Of a stretch of 64,000 nt of DNA, positions 30,057-39,500 are shown piece by piece. The DNA is taken from sequence record NC_021529.2. One strand, given 5' to 3'. The first letter of the stretch is position 1. Every line of letters starts with the position of its first letter. Made by a program: the position numbers and the translations under genes. The notes below the pieces were generated by a model, which saw nothing but the letters and a program-made list of their open reading frames with translations, was not told the origin of the DNA and made no database searches.

Positions 30057-30533
30057 TTACCTCAAATAAGTGAAACTGTTTGAATTGCGCTCATGAACTA
30101 GTAGCTCACCACGAATATTAACCCAATATTCAATAGTTTTCAGATCATACGAGTCACGACGACCTATATGCCAGTCATGAATTACATCAGCGGTTAGCGG
30201 TTGATATACCTCATCACCTTTGCGATATGACGGCATCCATTTTGGCTTGAATTCATCTTCGTCACCTAACGGGCAATCTAGTTTAATAGTCGTTAAATCG
30301 ACTTCAGACGCAATATCAGCGTCTTTAATTGGAATAGCGACTAATTCATCGGGTGTTTCTAACTTCTGCTCAGAATCGCTTACAGCAAGTTCTATCGGCT
30401 CATAGTCTTCATGTTCAAGAAGTGCTTCAATCATCTTACTTTTTGTAAGCGTGTTATCAAGCTCGATGTCAAAATGTTCTTTTGCGAATTCAGCGACGCC
30501 TCGCTTAGTTTGTTTTTTTAGAAAATCAATCAT
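30057..30533 (-). CDS. Inh paralog (158 aa)
   Basis: VAEFAKEHFDIELDNTLTKSKMIEAL N-domain and YWVNIRGELLVHERNSNSFTYLR C-terminus. Confidence 0.7.
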   Translation of the reverse strand: MIDFLKKQTKRGVAEFAKEHFDIELDNTLTKSKMIEALLEHEDYEPIELAVSDSEQKLETPDELVAIPIKDADIASEVDLTTIKLDCPLGDEDEFKPKWMPSYRKGDEVYQPLTADVIHDWHIGRRDSYDLKTIEYWVNIRGELLVHERNSNSFTYLR

Positions 30534-30747
30534 ACATCACCTCAAAATTTAACGTCACCCATATATTTTCATTTAGATCGAAGAAAGTGATCGTGGATGT
30601 GCTCGTTTCGTTCTTTCTCATTTCAGATCTATTTGTGTCTAGAACCGGTAAATAGAATTTACACAATGTCCCATGGTATTTTTTGTCGCCTACAGAGAAT
30701 TTATGACAACCCTCTTCTAGGATTTTCAGAATTTCATTTCGATTCAT
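30526..30747 (-). CDS. small hypothetical protein (73 aa), SH3/WYL-like motif
   Basis: GAGG RBS; TITFFDLNENIWVTL. Confidence 0.5.
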   Translation of the reverse strand: MNRNEILKILEEGCHKFSVGDKKYHGTLCKFYLPVLDTNRSEMRKNETSTSTITFFDLNENIWVTLNFEVMYD

Positions 30748-30761
30748 TGATTTCGTGCCTC

Positions 30762-30787
30762 TATAAATACAGTTATACATATTTAGA
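30762..30787. promoter_or_regulatory. pair of late promoters on opposite strands
   Basis: TATAAATA (+, 30762-30769) toward uvsW; TCTAAATA (-, 30780-30787) toward 30747. Confidence 0.7.
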
Positions 30788-30811
30788 CAAAACTCGCATA
30801 GAGAGAAAATC

Positions 30812-32335
30812 ATGACAGATATTAAAATTGAATATTTTGACGAGAGTTATGCGAGAGTCGTAGCCGAGCCAAGCATTACTCATGAAATGATTGATTACTT
30901 TTCATTTCTGACGGACGGATATAAATTCAACCCAAAATTCAAAATGGGAATTTGGGATGGGAAGATTCGACTAATGACGTATCAAGGTCTATTGCCATAT
31001 GGTCTTGTAGGTCAAGCTAAAGCGTTTGCATCAAATATGATGTACACAATTGAAGTTGACCCAATGCTTGATCCAGTCGAGAAGATTTCACGAGAAGACT
31101 TCGAAGCTTGGGTTGCGTCTCTTGACATATACGGTGGTAGTAATAAGATTGATCCGTATTGGTATCAAATGGATTCTGTGTTCCATGGCATCAACCATCA
31201 GCACAGTCTATTGAATCTGCCTACATCAGCAGGTAAATCATTGATTCAGTCATTGTTGACTCGTTGGTACTTGGAAAATCATGAGTGTCAAAAAGTACTG
31301 ATCATTGTACCGACTACTGCACTAGTTCAGCAAATGCGCGACGACTTTTTAGATTATCGTCTGTTCGAACATGACGACATCTATCAAATTCGTGGTGGGG
31401 TTGACCGTGACGCAATCGGCAACTGTAACATCGTCGTTTCGACGTGGCAATCTGCTGTTAAGCAAGATAAGTCATGGTTCGATCAGTTCGGGATGTTGCT
31501 AGTCGATGAATGTCACTTGGCAACGGGCAAGTCGTTAGACGGCATCATCAAGAAAATGACAAATTGTGAATTTAAAATCGGGCTGACTGGCTCACTTCGA
31601 GACGGCAAAGCGAATATTCTTCAGTATGTTGGTTCATTTGGTGATATTTTTAGACCTGTTTCAACTGCACAGCTAATGGAAGAAGGGCAAGTAACTGATC
31701 TAAAGATCAACTGTTTAATGCTTGAATACCCACAGCCATTACGCGACGAAATGAAGGGCACTTCATATCAAGAAGAAATGAAGTTCATTCTTGAGAACAA
31801 GCAGCGAAATCGTTACTTGATTAAGTTGGCGCATCATCTGAGTGCTAAGAAAGGCGAAAACACGCTACTGCTATTCAAGAACATCAAGCATGGCAAGCTG
31901 TTGTACGAAGCGTTGAAGAAAGTTTACGACCCTGAGAAAGTGTTCTACGTATCCGGTGAGACTAAAACTGATGATCGTACGCATGTGAAGAAGATTGCAG
32001 AAGATATTGATGGGGCTATCATCGTAGCATCATATGGTGTGTTCTCGACTGGTATCAGCATCAAGAAGCTACACAACGTAATATTTGCTCATCCAACGAA
32101 GAGTAAGATCATCAACTTGCAGTCGATTGGTCGTATTCTACGTAAGCATGGTAGCAAAGTTACTGCGAAGCTGTTTGATATCATAGACAACTTAGCAATC
32201 AAGTCGAAACGTGCGAACGCTAAGAAGCCATATACTCACGTAAATTACACAATGAAACATGGGATGCAGCGTATTGAGCTTTACAACCAAGAAGAATTTA
32301 AATACGCAGTCAAGAAAGTTGACTTAGCGGCATAA
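30812..32335 (+). CDS. uvsW: UvsW SF2 DNA helicase
   Basis: LPTSAGKS, LVDECH, GLTGS, QSIGRILR motifs. Confidence 0.97.
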   Translation: MTDIKIEYFDESYARVVAEPSITHEMIDYFSFLTDGYKFNPKFKMGIWDGKIRLMTYQGLLPYGLVGQAKAFASNMMYTIEVDPMLDPVEKISREDFEAWVASLDIYGGSNKIDPYWYQMDSVFHGINHQHSLLNLPTSAGKSLIQSLLTRWYLENHECQKVLIIVPTTALVQQMRDDFLDYRLFEHDDIYQIRGGVDRDAIGNCNIVVSTWQSAVKQDKSWFDQFGMLLVDECHLATGKSLDGIIKKMTNCEFKIGLTGSLRDGKANILQYVGSFGDIFRPVSTAQLMEEGQVTDLKINCLMLEYPQPLRDEMKGTSYQEEMKFILENKQRNRYLIKLAHHLSAKKGENTLLLFKNIKHGKLLYEALKKVYDPEKVFYVSGETKTDDRTHVKKIAEDIDGAIIVASYGVFSTGISIKKLHNVIFAHPTKSKIINLQSIGRILRKHGSKVTAKLFDIIDNLAIKSKRANAKKPYTHVNYTMKHGMQRIELYNQEEFKYAVKKVDLAA

Positions 32336-32361
32336 AAAAGGGAGCAAATTGCTCCCTTTTT
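32335..32361. terminator. bidirectional terminator
   Basis: AAAAAGGGAGC-aaatt-GCTCCCTTTTT. Confidence 0.9.
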
Positions 32362-32362
32362 G

Positions 32363-32473
32363 TTAATCTGAAAATATTGCTTTGAGAATCGCACCGATTA
32401 GTTCAAAGATGAATTCAAATGGAAATAGAATCCAGTCGAAAAACCCGCGATCACGTTTGCGTTCTCTGCTCAT
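32363..32473 (-). CDS. unannotated 36-aa membrane peptide
   Basis: Hand translation MSRERKRDRGFFDWILFPFEFIFELIGAILKAIFSD; fills the gap between uvsY.-2 and the terminator. Confidence 0.55.
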   Translation of the reverse strand: MSRERKRDRGFFDWILFPFEFIFELIGAILKAIFSD

Positions 32474-32476
32474 ATC

Positions 32477-32647
32477 TTACCCGTTTAGAAGTTGAGTTTC
32501 GATAAGTTGCTGTTCGCCGCCAGATTCAGACATCGCCATTTCTGACAGATGCTGTTGACATTGACCTGCGTGTACAGTTCCTTGTGGTGTGTCGATTGTC
32601 ACATCACCTTCTTTGATTGGCTGTTTACATACGATACATTGTGTCAT
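32477..32647 (-). CDS. uvsY.-2: conserved T4 UvsY.-2-like protein
   Basis: CIVCKQPI...TPQGTVHAGQC...ETQLLNG. Confidence 0.85.
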   Translation of the reverse strand: MTQCIVCKQPIKEGDVTIDTPQGTVHAGQCQQHLSEMAMSESGGEQQLIETQLLNG

Positions 32648-32808
32648 GCGTCTAAAGTCTCTTTGGTTAGTGCTTGAAATAGGCAACCGTCATCAACTAC
32701 CATCGGTCCATGAAGTTCCCACCCTTGATCGAGAAGATTTTCAATTTCTTCTGCGAACATGTCTTTAAATTGAATAGTTTTATTCACTACAACGTATTTA
32801 TGATACAT
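32644..32808 (-). CDS. unannotated 54-aa protein, DUF1737-like
   Basis: Hand translation MYHKYVVVNKTIQFKDMFAEEIENLLDQGWELHGPMVVDDGCLFQALTKETLDA; ATGA overlap with the next gene. Confidence 0.6.
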   Translation of the reverse strand: MYHKYVVVNKTIQFKDMFAEEIENLLDQGWELHGPMVVDDGCLFQALTKETLDA

Positions 32809-32811
32809 GTC

Positions 32812-33225
32812 TCAGACCTCGATTGCAAGCTTAAATAACGCAGATGCTTTGCCACCGTCGAACACTTTACCAGTTGCTTTAAGAGCACCCATCAATTTAC
32901 CCATGTCGCGCATAGTACTCGCGCCTGTTGATAGTACGAAATCAGAAACAAATGCGTCTAGCTCAGATTCAGACAGTTTATCAGGTAGTAGCGACTCAAG
33001 AACTTCGTTTTCAGTTGTTAGAATATCAACCTGATCGCCTTGTGCGTGCTCTAATGCAAGCTTGTTGTTGTCAATTGCGCTTGAAATCACTTTGATACAA
33101 GATTCGTCATCGTGTTTTTGGCGACGGTCAAGTTCACCGATGATCACACCTAGTACTGATGCTACAGCATTGTTACGGTCTTTACGCGCTTGTAAACGAG
33201 TTGCTTTAATTGTTTCGATAATCAT
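32812..33225 (-). CDS. GatB/YqeY domain protein
   Basis: ENEVLESLLPDKLSESEL...MRDMGKLMGAL...DGGKAS. Confidence 0.8.
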   Translation of the reverse strand: MIIETIKATRLQARKDRNNAVASVLGVIIGELDRRQKHDDESCIKVISSAIDNNKLALEHAQGDQVDILTTENEVLESLLPDKLSESELDAFVSDFVLSTGASTMRDMGKLMGALKATGKVFDGGKASALFKLAIEV

Positions 33226-33635
33226 ACTATTCCACTCTCAATTTTTCTGTTATCAATAATGTGTTTAATTGTGAATCCCATTTGGCTAATGCCTTTCAGG
33301 GCTTCTTCGATGAAAGACAAAGTATCTTTCATGTGTTGAAATGTCGCGATTGCGCGTTGCAATTCATTATCACCCGCAAGCGCATATTTCATTTCGCTTT
33401 TCTCGACGATGAAGTCACAAACTTCGTCATCGTGTTTACCGCTATAAAACAACCAGCGGTCTTTTCTCACAGCTTCCATTTTCATTTCAGCTTTAATAAG
33501 AAGTTGTCTAGCATCGGCTCGATATGCAAGCCACTTTGCATGAAGAATCGGAATTCGAATTGCTGCTGTTTCTAATGCAGTCGTGTCGATCTTAACATCT
33601 TCTTTGTATTCTGTTTTTAAGTCTTGTAGCTTCAT
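33222..33635 (-). CDS. uvsY: recombination mediator UvsY
   Basis: EDVKIDTTALETAAIRIPILHAKWL; 137 aa. Confidence 0.93.
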   Translation of the reverse strand: MKLQDLKTEYKEDVKIDTTALETAAIRIPILHAKWLAYRADARQLLIKAEMKMEAVRKDRWLFYSGKHDDEVCDFIVEKSEMKYALAGDNELQRAIATFQHMKDTLSFIEEALKGISQMGFTIKHIIDNRKIESGIV

Positions 33636-33653
33636 ATTAACCTCGCTAGAACT

Positions 33654-33774
33654 AGTATACGCTGATGATAGTAATTATAAACACGAATTGTTCTAATATC
33701 TCTAATATTACTAAAACCCCTAATTCTACTAAGATGAGACGGAATTTTTCCGCCTCTTACCTATTTTGCTTCGC
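33654..33774 (-). repeat. non-coding module, copy 2, including the uvsY promoter GTTTAT-N17-TATACT
   Basis: Reverse complement of the 6520-6645 module: GCGAAGC at 33768-33774, hairpin at 33736-33756, TTAG units, promoter at 33654-33682. Confidence 0.85.
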
Positions 33775-33778
33775 GTAT

Positions 33779-33800
33779 AAAAAAGCCCCGAAGGGCTTTC
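33779..33800 (-). terminator. terminator after gene 35
   Basis: AAAGCCC-ttcg-GGGCTTTTTT on the minus strand. Confidence 0.85.
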
Positions 33801-36503
33801 TTATTGCATTGCAAAGTCAATTGCAGTTAATGAGTTTTCGAAGAAACACGCAACTTTAACTTCAGATACGATAGGCAAAGCCCACATCGTTTCAGACGCA
33901 ACGGTAGTATTGTCTTTATATCTGAAAGTAAGTGTTTCTGCGTTTGGGTTCCATCTGAATGTCTTATCAGCAGCAGTGGTATAATAGCCAACACCTTTAG
34001 ATTCTTGTTGATTAGGTACTTCGTCAGGGTTTATCACGCCGAAATAATGCTTGAATTTATCTTCGAATTCCTGATGCTGAGCATCAGTCCAATCATGCGG
34101 CAATATAAATCCATGCAATAAAATCCATTTATTGTTATTCTCTGGAAACCCGTATACTCTATCCATATTTACTAACGGTGATGAAGCTGTCCCGTTAGAC
34201 AATGTTAACGGCAAGTCAGTTCCCAACCCGTCCTTTGCTTTAACGCTTAGATACAAAAAGCTTTCAGACTTGTCTATGCCGTTTGCCCATATTGATATGT
34301 AATATGGTCTTGAAGGGTCTATACTCACTTCTTGCATTTCGATTGGCGAACTCGCTCCGGGCGTTCGAAGATATGCTTTTTCTCCATTCGACAATACATA
34401 ATCACCCCAATGCACATTATCTGCTTCTGCAACTGGCATTGATATACCAGCATACAGATTTGAATCTGAAATATATGCTTTATACCAACTATCGCCGTTA
34501 ACTGCATTGCCTGATATAGGTGAGTTTATTACATCTTGTGCAGCCATGCCATTGATGTTTGAAATCAAATGAGGCACGCCGTCTGGTGAAGACATTCCAC
34601 CCTTGAACAATTGAACATAATCAAATCGCTCATCTTCGATGTCAGACCATATTCTGAATCGATATGCACCGACTGGTAACTCAACAACTGCTTCTTGTGT
34701 TTCGATTAATTCTGAGTTCTGAAATCTAAACGCATGGTTTGATAAAGCTACGCCTGACCCGTCTTGTATGTACAAAGTACACCAACGACTAGTTCCTGCA
34801 ATCGCATCTGTTCTGCTAATAGACCCTCTAGCTTTAAACAGCAGATGTTGACCTTCAGATAAGTTGTGATCTGTCAATAGAACCCAACTTGAATCTTCTG
34901 GGAAGTACGATGATGGTGATTGCGCAGTTGCTTCTACGATTGCCTGTCCGAACCCCGCAGATCCTATGCCTGCTTTATCTTCGAACGCAGAGTCAACGAC
35001 GCTGTTGCCTTCAGCTTCATGAACACATCTATCATAAACGATTCCGAGTTCACCAGTACCAAACGCAGCGTAGCTGTAAGGGTATTGACTGAAATATGAA
35101 GAACCACGATACTCAACCGGACCGAACTGATTTATAGCAGTATCGATACTTGCATCCCCGTACATAATCCCATTTGAAAGTATAACAAATGGTTCAGTTG
35201 TGATAGCATTCAATGCGTTTACGAAGTTGCTACGCTCAGTTGCGTTATCCATGCGGTATTTGCTGTTAGATTTTAACGTCATATCGTCGTTAAACTTCAG
35301 TATACGCATTTGATATGCAACTTTTGTTTCTTGCGTGAACACATTAACATCGTTTAGATAACACGATGCTAATTCAGCACCTGTTGAAACACCAGTTGCG
35401 ACTAATCTAAAGTTGTTATTTGAAAACTCTCTCAGATGTCGAGTAGCAAATTGATAATCATCGATTTTCGAGCCAACAGGCGCGTAAATCCACAGCTCAG
35501 CAACACTCACTGATTGACCGGGACCCGGGAACAACTCAGAATCAGTTGGCCATGGTTGTCTAGCACCGATTGCGAAATGCCATGAAGACGAATCTACTGT
35601 ACCATCAGCCAATGAGTTTGTGTTTGCACTTAATTCAAGACCGCCCCACAAGTTTGACGAGTTCTGAATTGAAATTGCTTCGTATCCACGAACACCACGT
35701 CCATCAGCATCATAATCACCTGCGTAGTTTGATATTAGCGGAACATCAGACATCATGAAGTTCGTCATCCAACGTTTGCCTGTTGGAATAAGACCAGCTT
35801 GATCAGTGTATCCAACATGCCATTGCATGTTTGTTGTGCTCAACGATGTTGGTGTTGTGAATCTAGCGTAGTAACGCTTCCATAATACACCATCTACAAC
35901 TCTTTCATTACCCGTTGATTCGAACACGTCACCAGGTGTCGGTGATATGATATATGGAGTACCTGAACTATCATACCATCTAGCATGAAAAGTCACTGCA
36001 TTCCCGTGGTCTGTTTCGTTTTCGTAAGCAACCCAACACGATAGTGTATATGTGCGATTTGCTTGTAACCTGTTTTGTGGTATATCGAATCTTAGTTGAT
36101 TTTGAATCGTCGGAGATGTCTGTTCTACAACGTAGTTCGACGACCCTGGGTTTTCTTTTTCAACTACATTCCATGTCCCATTTAACGCAGTTTGTTCAGC
36201 TACAAACGCACCGCCTGCTAAGTTACCGTTTCTTAGATATTGCCCTACAGAAGAAGCAGCAAAGTTGCTGCTTTGCTTCCATATATTAGTAATATTCAAT
36301 TCAGGGTAGTGTAATTTGAATTGAAATTTGCCATCTTCTCTGCGAAAATGCTCAAGACTATTCAATGCACTGAATTTTTGCTCAATATCGGGATCACTCC
36401 CGACACTACGAGCTTCAGCGTTGGAGGTGAAATAAACACCTCCTGTTGAATCATGGCGAAAGACAAGAAGCCAATCGCCGTCACGTTTAAGTCTATCGTA
36501 CAT
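33801..36503 (-). CDS. 35: long tail fibre hinge/connector gp35-like multidomain protein (900 aa)
   Basis: Directly follows gene 34; fibrinogen-like, carbohydrate-binding-like and ILEI-like segments. Confidence 0.7.
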   Translation of the reverse strand: MYDRLKRDGDWLLVFRHDSTGGVYFTSNAEARSVGSDPDIEQKFSALNSLEHFRREDGKFQFKLHYPELNITNIWKQSSNFAASSVGQYLRNGNLAGGAFVAEQTALNGTWNVVEKENPGSSNYVVEQTSPTIQNQLRFDIPQNRLQANRTYTLSCWVAYENETDHGNAVTFHARWYDSSGTPYIISPTPGDVFESTGNERVVDGVLWKRYYARFTTPTSLSTTNMQWHVGYTDQAGLIPTGKRWMTNFMMSDVPLISNYAGDYDADGRGVRGYEAISIQNSSNLWGGLELSANTNSLADGTVDSSSWHFAIGARQPWPTDSELFPGPGQSVSVAELWIYAPVGSKIDDYQFATRHLREFSNNNFRLVATGVSTGAELASCYLNDVNVFTQETKVAYQMRILKFNDDMTLKSNSKYRMDNATERSNFVNALNAITTEPFVILSNGIMYGDASIDTAINQFGPVEYRGSSYFSQYPYSYAAFGTGELGIVYDRCVHEAEGNSVVDSAFEDKAGIGSAGFGQAIVEATAQSPSSYFPEDSSWVLLTDHNLSEGQHLLFKARGSISRTDAIAGTSRWCTLYIQDGSGVALSNHAFRFQNSELIETQEAVVELPVGAYRFRIWSDIEDERFDYVQLFKGGMSSPDGVPHLISNINGMAAQDVINSPISGNAVNGDSWYKAYISDSNLYAGISMPVAEADNVHWGDYVLSNGEKAYLRTPGASSPIEMQEVSIDPSRPYYISIWANGIDKSESFLYLSVKAKDGLGTDLPLTLSNGTASSPLVNMDRVYGFPENNNKWILLHGFILPHDWTDAQHQEFEDKFKHYFGVINPDEVPNQQESKGVGYYTTAADKTFRWNPNAETLTFRYKDNTTVASETMWALPIVSEVKVACFFENSLTAIDFAMQ

Positions 36504-36511
36504 AAGTCACC

Positions 36512-39500
36512 TTATATCGCGTGACCGAAAGTGAACTCCAGCACGCCTTGATTGTTCGTTGACATTCTTACTGTGCCAACTTGAATATAGTCTCTGTATT
36601 TAACACTCTCACCAGTACCACCGTCTGGTGTGAACAAGTCGATGCGTTCTGAAAGTGTCTTACCTGCACCTGCCGAAAGAGCTTGATGCGGGTCAGAAGC
36701 ATTCACTGGGTCTGCTGTACGAACATCATTTGTTACTTGAACGATACCTTGACTTGTACGACTTGACTTGATTAGTCGAGCGTTTGCAATTGTACCGCTA
36801 GTGATGTTCTCACCAGAGTGATTGTGGCTATTGTCGTTAACTTGCACGTTTGTTGAAACGTTTCCGCTTCCGTCAATTGTGAAGTTGCCAGTCAAGTCGC
36901 CAGTTAGTGTCACTGTACGCGCTGTAACCCACTTCTCAGCCGCCTTAGCTACGTTGTTAATACCCAAGTACTTCTGACGTAGTGATCCTGCTGCTGGGCT
37001 GCTGTAAGTCGCGTATGTTGCATCAACGTTTTCTGTTCCGCTACCTTCATGAATTGAACCTGCAACATACAAGCGAATTGAGTTGGTATCGGCTGCACCG
37101 TTGTTGATTTTAACAATACCAGATCCGCCTTGGAACGAAGTATCACCATCCGCGCCAAACAATTGGCGAACAGTTGCTGATCCATCTTCTCGGATGCTCA
37201 ATCCCGAAAGACTGACAAGAATATTCCATTCTTTATTAGATTGATCTGTTTCAATTAGTGTGAATCTTGGCGAATCACCGCGAACAATCAAATCATTCTG
37301 CGTGAACGTGTAGATGCCATTAATCACATCTGATTCGTCGCTACGTGCAAACTGAGTGCTATCAAGACCGTCTAGCAATTCTGAGTTGTCAGCAGTTGCA
37401 TGTAACGGCAAGTAGTTGCGTAATGCGTAATGTAACCCATACGGTGATACTGCATACGGAACACGTAAGTACGACGTATATGGCTGCGTAGAACCAACAG
37501 TGTCATTACCGACGAACGATTCAGCAGGTGTTGCAAGCTGAACAGTACCATATCTGCCTTCATCTGCACGTGAAGCTGCTGAATTGCGAGTCCAATGCTG
37601 CAATTTAGATGGTGTTACGATTGTTACATCACTAGTAGCTGAATCAATTTCAGCAGTTGTTGCAAGTTCTGCAATACCTGCTAGAGTTTCAGTTGCACGA
37701 CGTGCATTCAGCTTAGCTGGTGTGATGATGTGAACATCAGAACCACCAGTATTTGCATTTGCTTCAGCTTGCGTCGCAACTTCAAGCGTACCACGTTGAG
37801 TTTCAGTCGCAAGTGCAATTTCTAAGTTAATGCCATTCCAGATATCACCCGTATGTGAGATACCAGATACGCCATAACCCGCCCCTTGCAATACACCGTC
37901 ACTTGTGAAATGATCGTACGCAAGCCACGTTTTGAATTTCAGCGGACTAACAATATGCGTGTCAAGAACACCAGCATCAACTTCAACTTGTGTTGCAATC
38001 TCAGCTACACCACGACGTGTTTCAGTCGCTGAACGATTGTACAATGTTTCAGGAGTGATGAATACGTTGTTCCATGATTCACCTGAACCACTGATCGCAT
38101 TTGCTTCAGTTTGAGTCGCACGACGAGCAATACCACGAATAGTATCACTTGCTTTCCACGCTGCTAATTTCTTAGGCGTGATTATCGCGTCATCAACTGT
38201 TGAGTCGTTAATACGAAGCTCAGTTGACTTAGCAACCCACAATGTACCCGGCTGATTCTCAGTTGCTCGATATTCATCTAGCATCTTCGGTGTTACGATA
38301 CGTAGATGATCTGTCTTATCGTAAACTGTATCAACTAGGCCATTTGTAGAACGGTCTGAACGCATGTTCGCAGTTGATGAAACTGTGCCGTTAGCAGCAA
38401 TGTTATTTGATGCTTTTGTTAGCTCAGCAACACCAGTCAAGTTCTCTTCAGCTTGTGCCGCATGGAACTTCTTAGGTGACAGTACTTGGACATCGTTTGT
38501 TGTGCTACGTGTTTCAGTTTGAGTTGCAATCTCAACAACACCACGACGTGTTTCAGTCGCTGTACGTGCGTTCAAGCTTCTAGGTGTCACTACAATGTCA
38601 TGACGGAAGTTTGAATCTGGGTAACGTACAAGAGCGCCAGAACGTGATTCTTCAAGTGCCTCGCTAGTTGTCAACGAAGCGATACGAGCCATACCGACTT
38701 GATCTTCTGCTGCACGACGTGCGTCAAGAGTCTCAACGGTGATTACGTTGTCTTTCAGAGGACTTTGGTCAGCCCATGGCTTCGCAACGTCTTCTGGGTG
38801 TGCGTATTCAATACCGTGTGCAAGTGCTTCTGTCGGGTCAGCCAGTGGCACAATACCTGGGCGTTTACGATGTAGTTCATCTGCAACGTCGATACGAGTT
38901 GCAATGTTACCGAACGACCATACTTTGCGTGTGCCATCGTAGTACAGAACGAACGAGTAGCCACTGTCGTAGTCACTAATTTCGAACGATTCTACAAAGA
39001 ACGGTACAAAGTCAACATAGTGACGGTATTTCTGATAACGATATGTCTCAAAATCCAAGAATACTTTGTATTCATCAGCCCCATGACCAGGATCATCATC
39101 ACCGAAATTCGGGTGTACTTGAACAGTTACAGTTTTATGTGCTGTCTTGTTGTGTGAAATCTCAATCCAGTCACCATCTACTGGCTTTTCAGGTAGAGTG
39201 ATGAACATTTCTGAAACAGCGTCTGCAATTTCAATCGCGTAACGAGTACGTGGTTTAAGAGAAACCGTGCTCGATTCACCGACGTAGTTCCACAAGTGAG
39301 GATTGTTCGCAACAGTAACTAACCATACGCCTGTGCCTAGATCGTCGATGAATGTAATATCCGCGCCGCCGATAGTGTCAAGACTTATGACTGAACTTCT
39401 TACGCCTGAAATTGGGTCTTGAACTATCTGACCAGTTGACGACGGATGAACACCAATCTGAATTGATGTTTGATTCTCAAGATACGCAACGTCTTTTAGA

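Noticed and set aside
38008-38562. Near-identical 25-bp repeats ACACCACGACGTGTTTCAGTCGCTG in gene 34
   Set aside because: They encode the ordinary ATETRRGV fibre repeats; not CRISPR or a mobile element.
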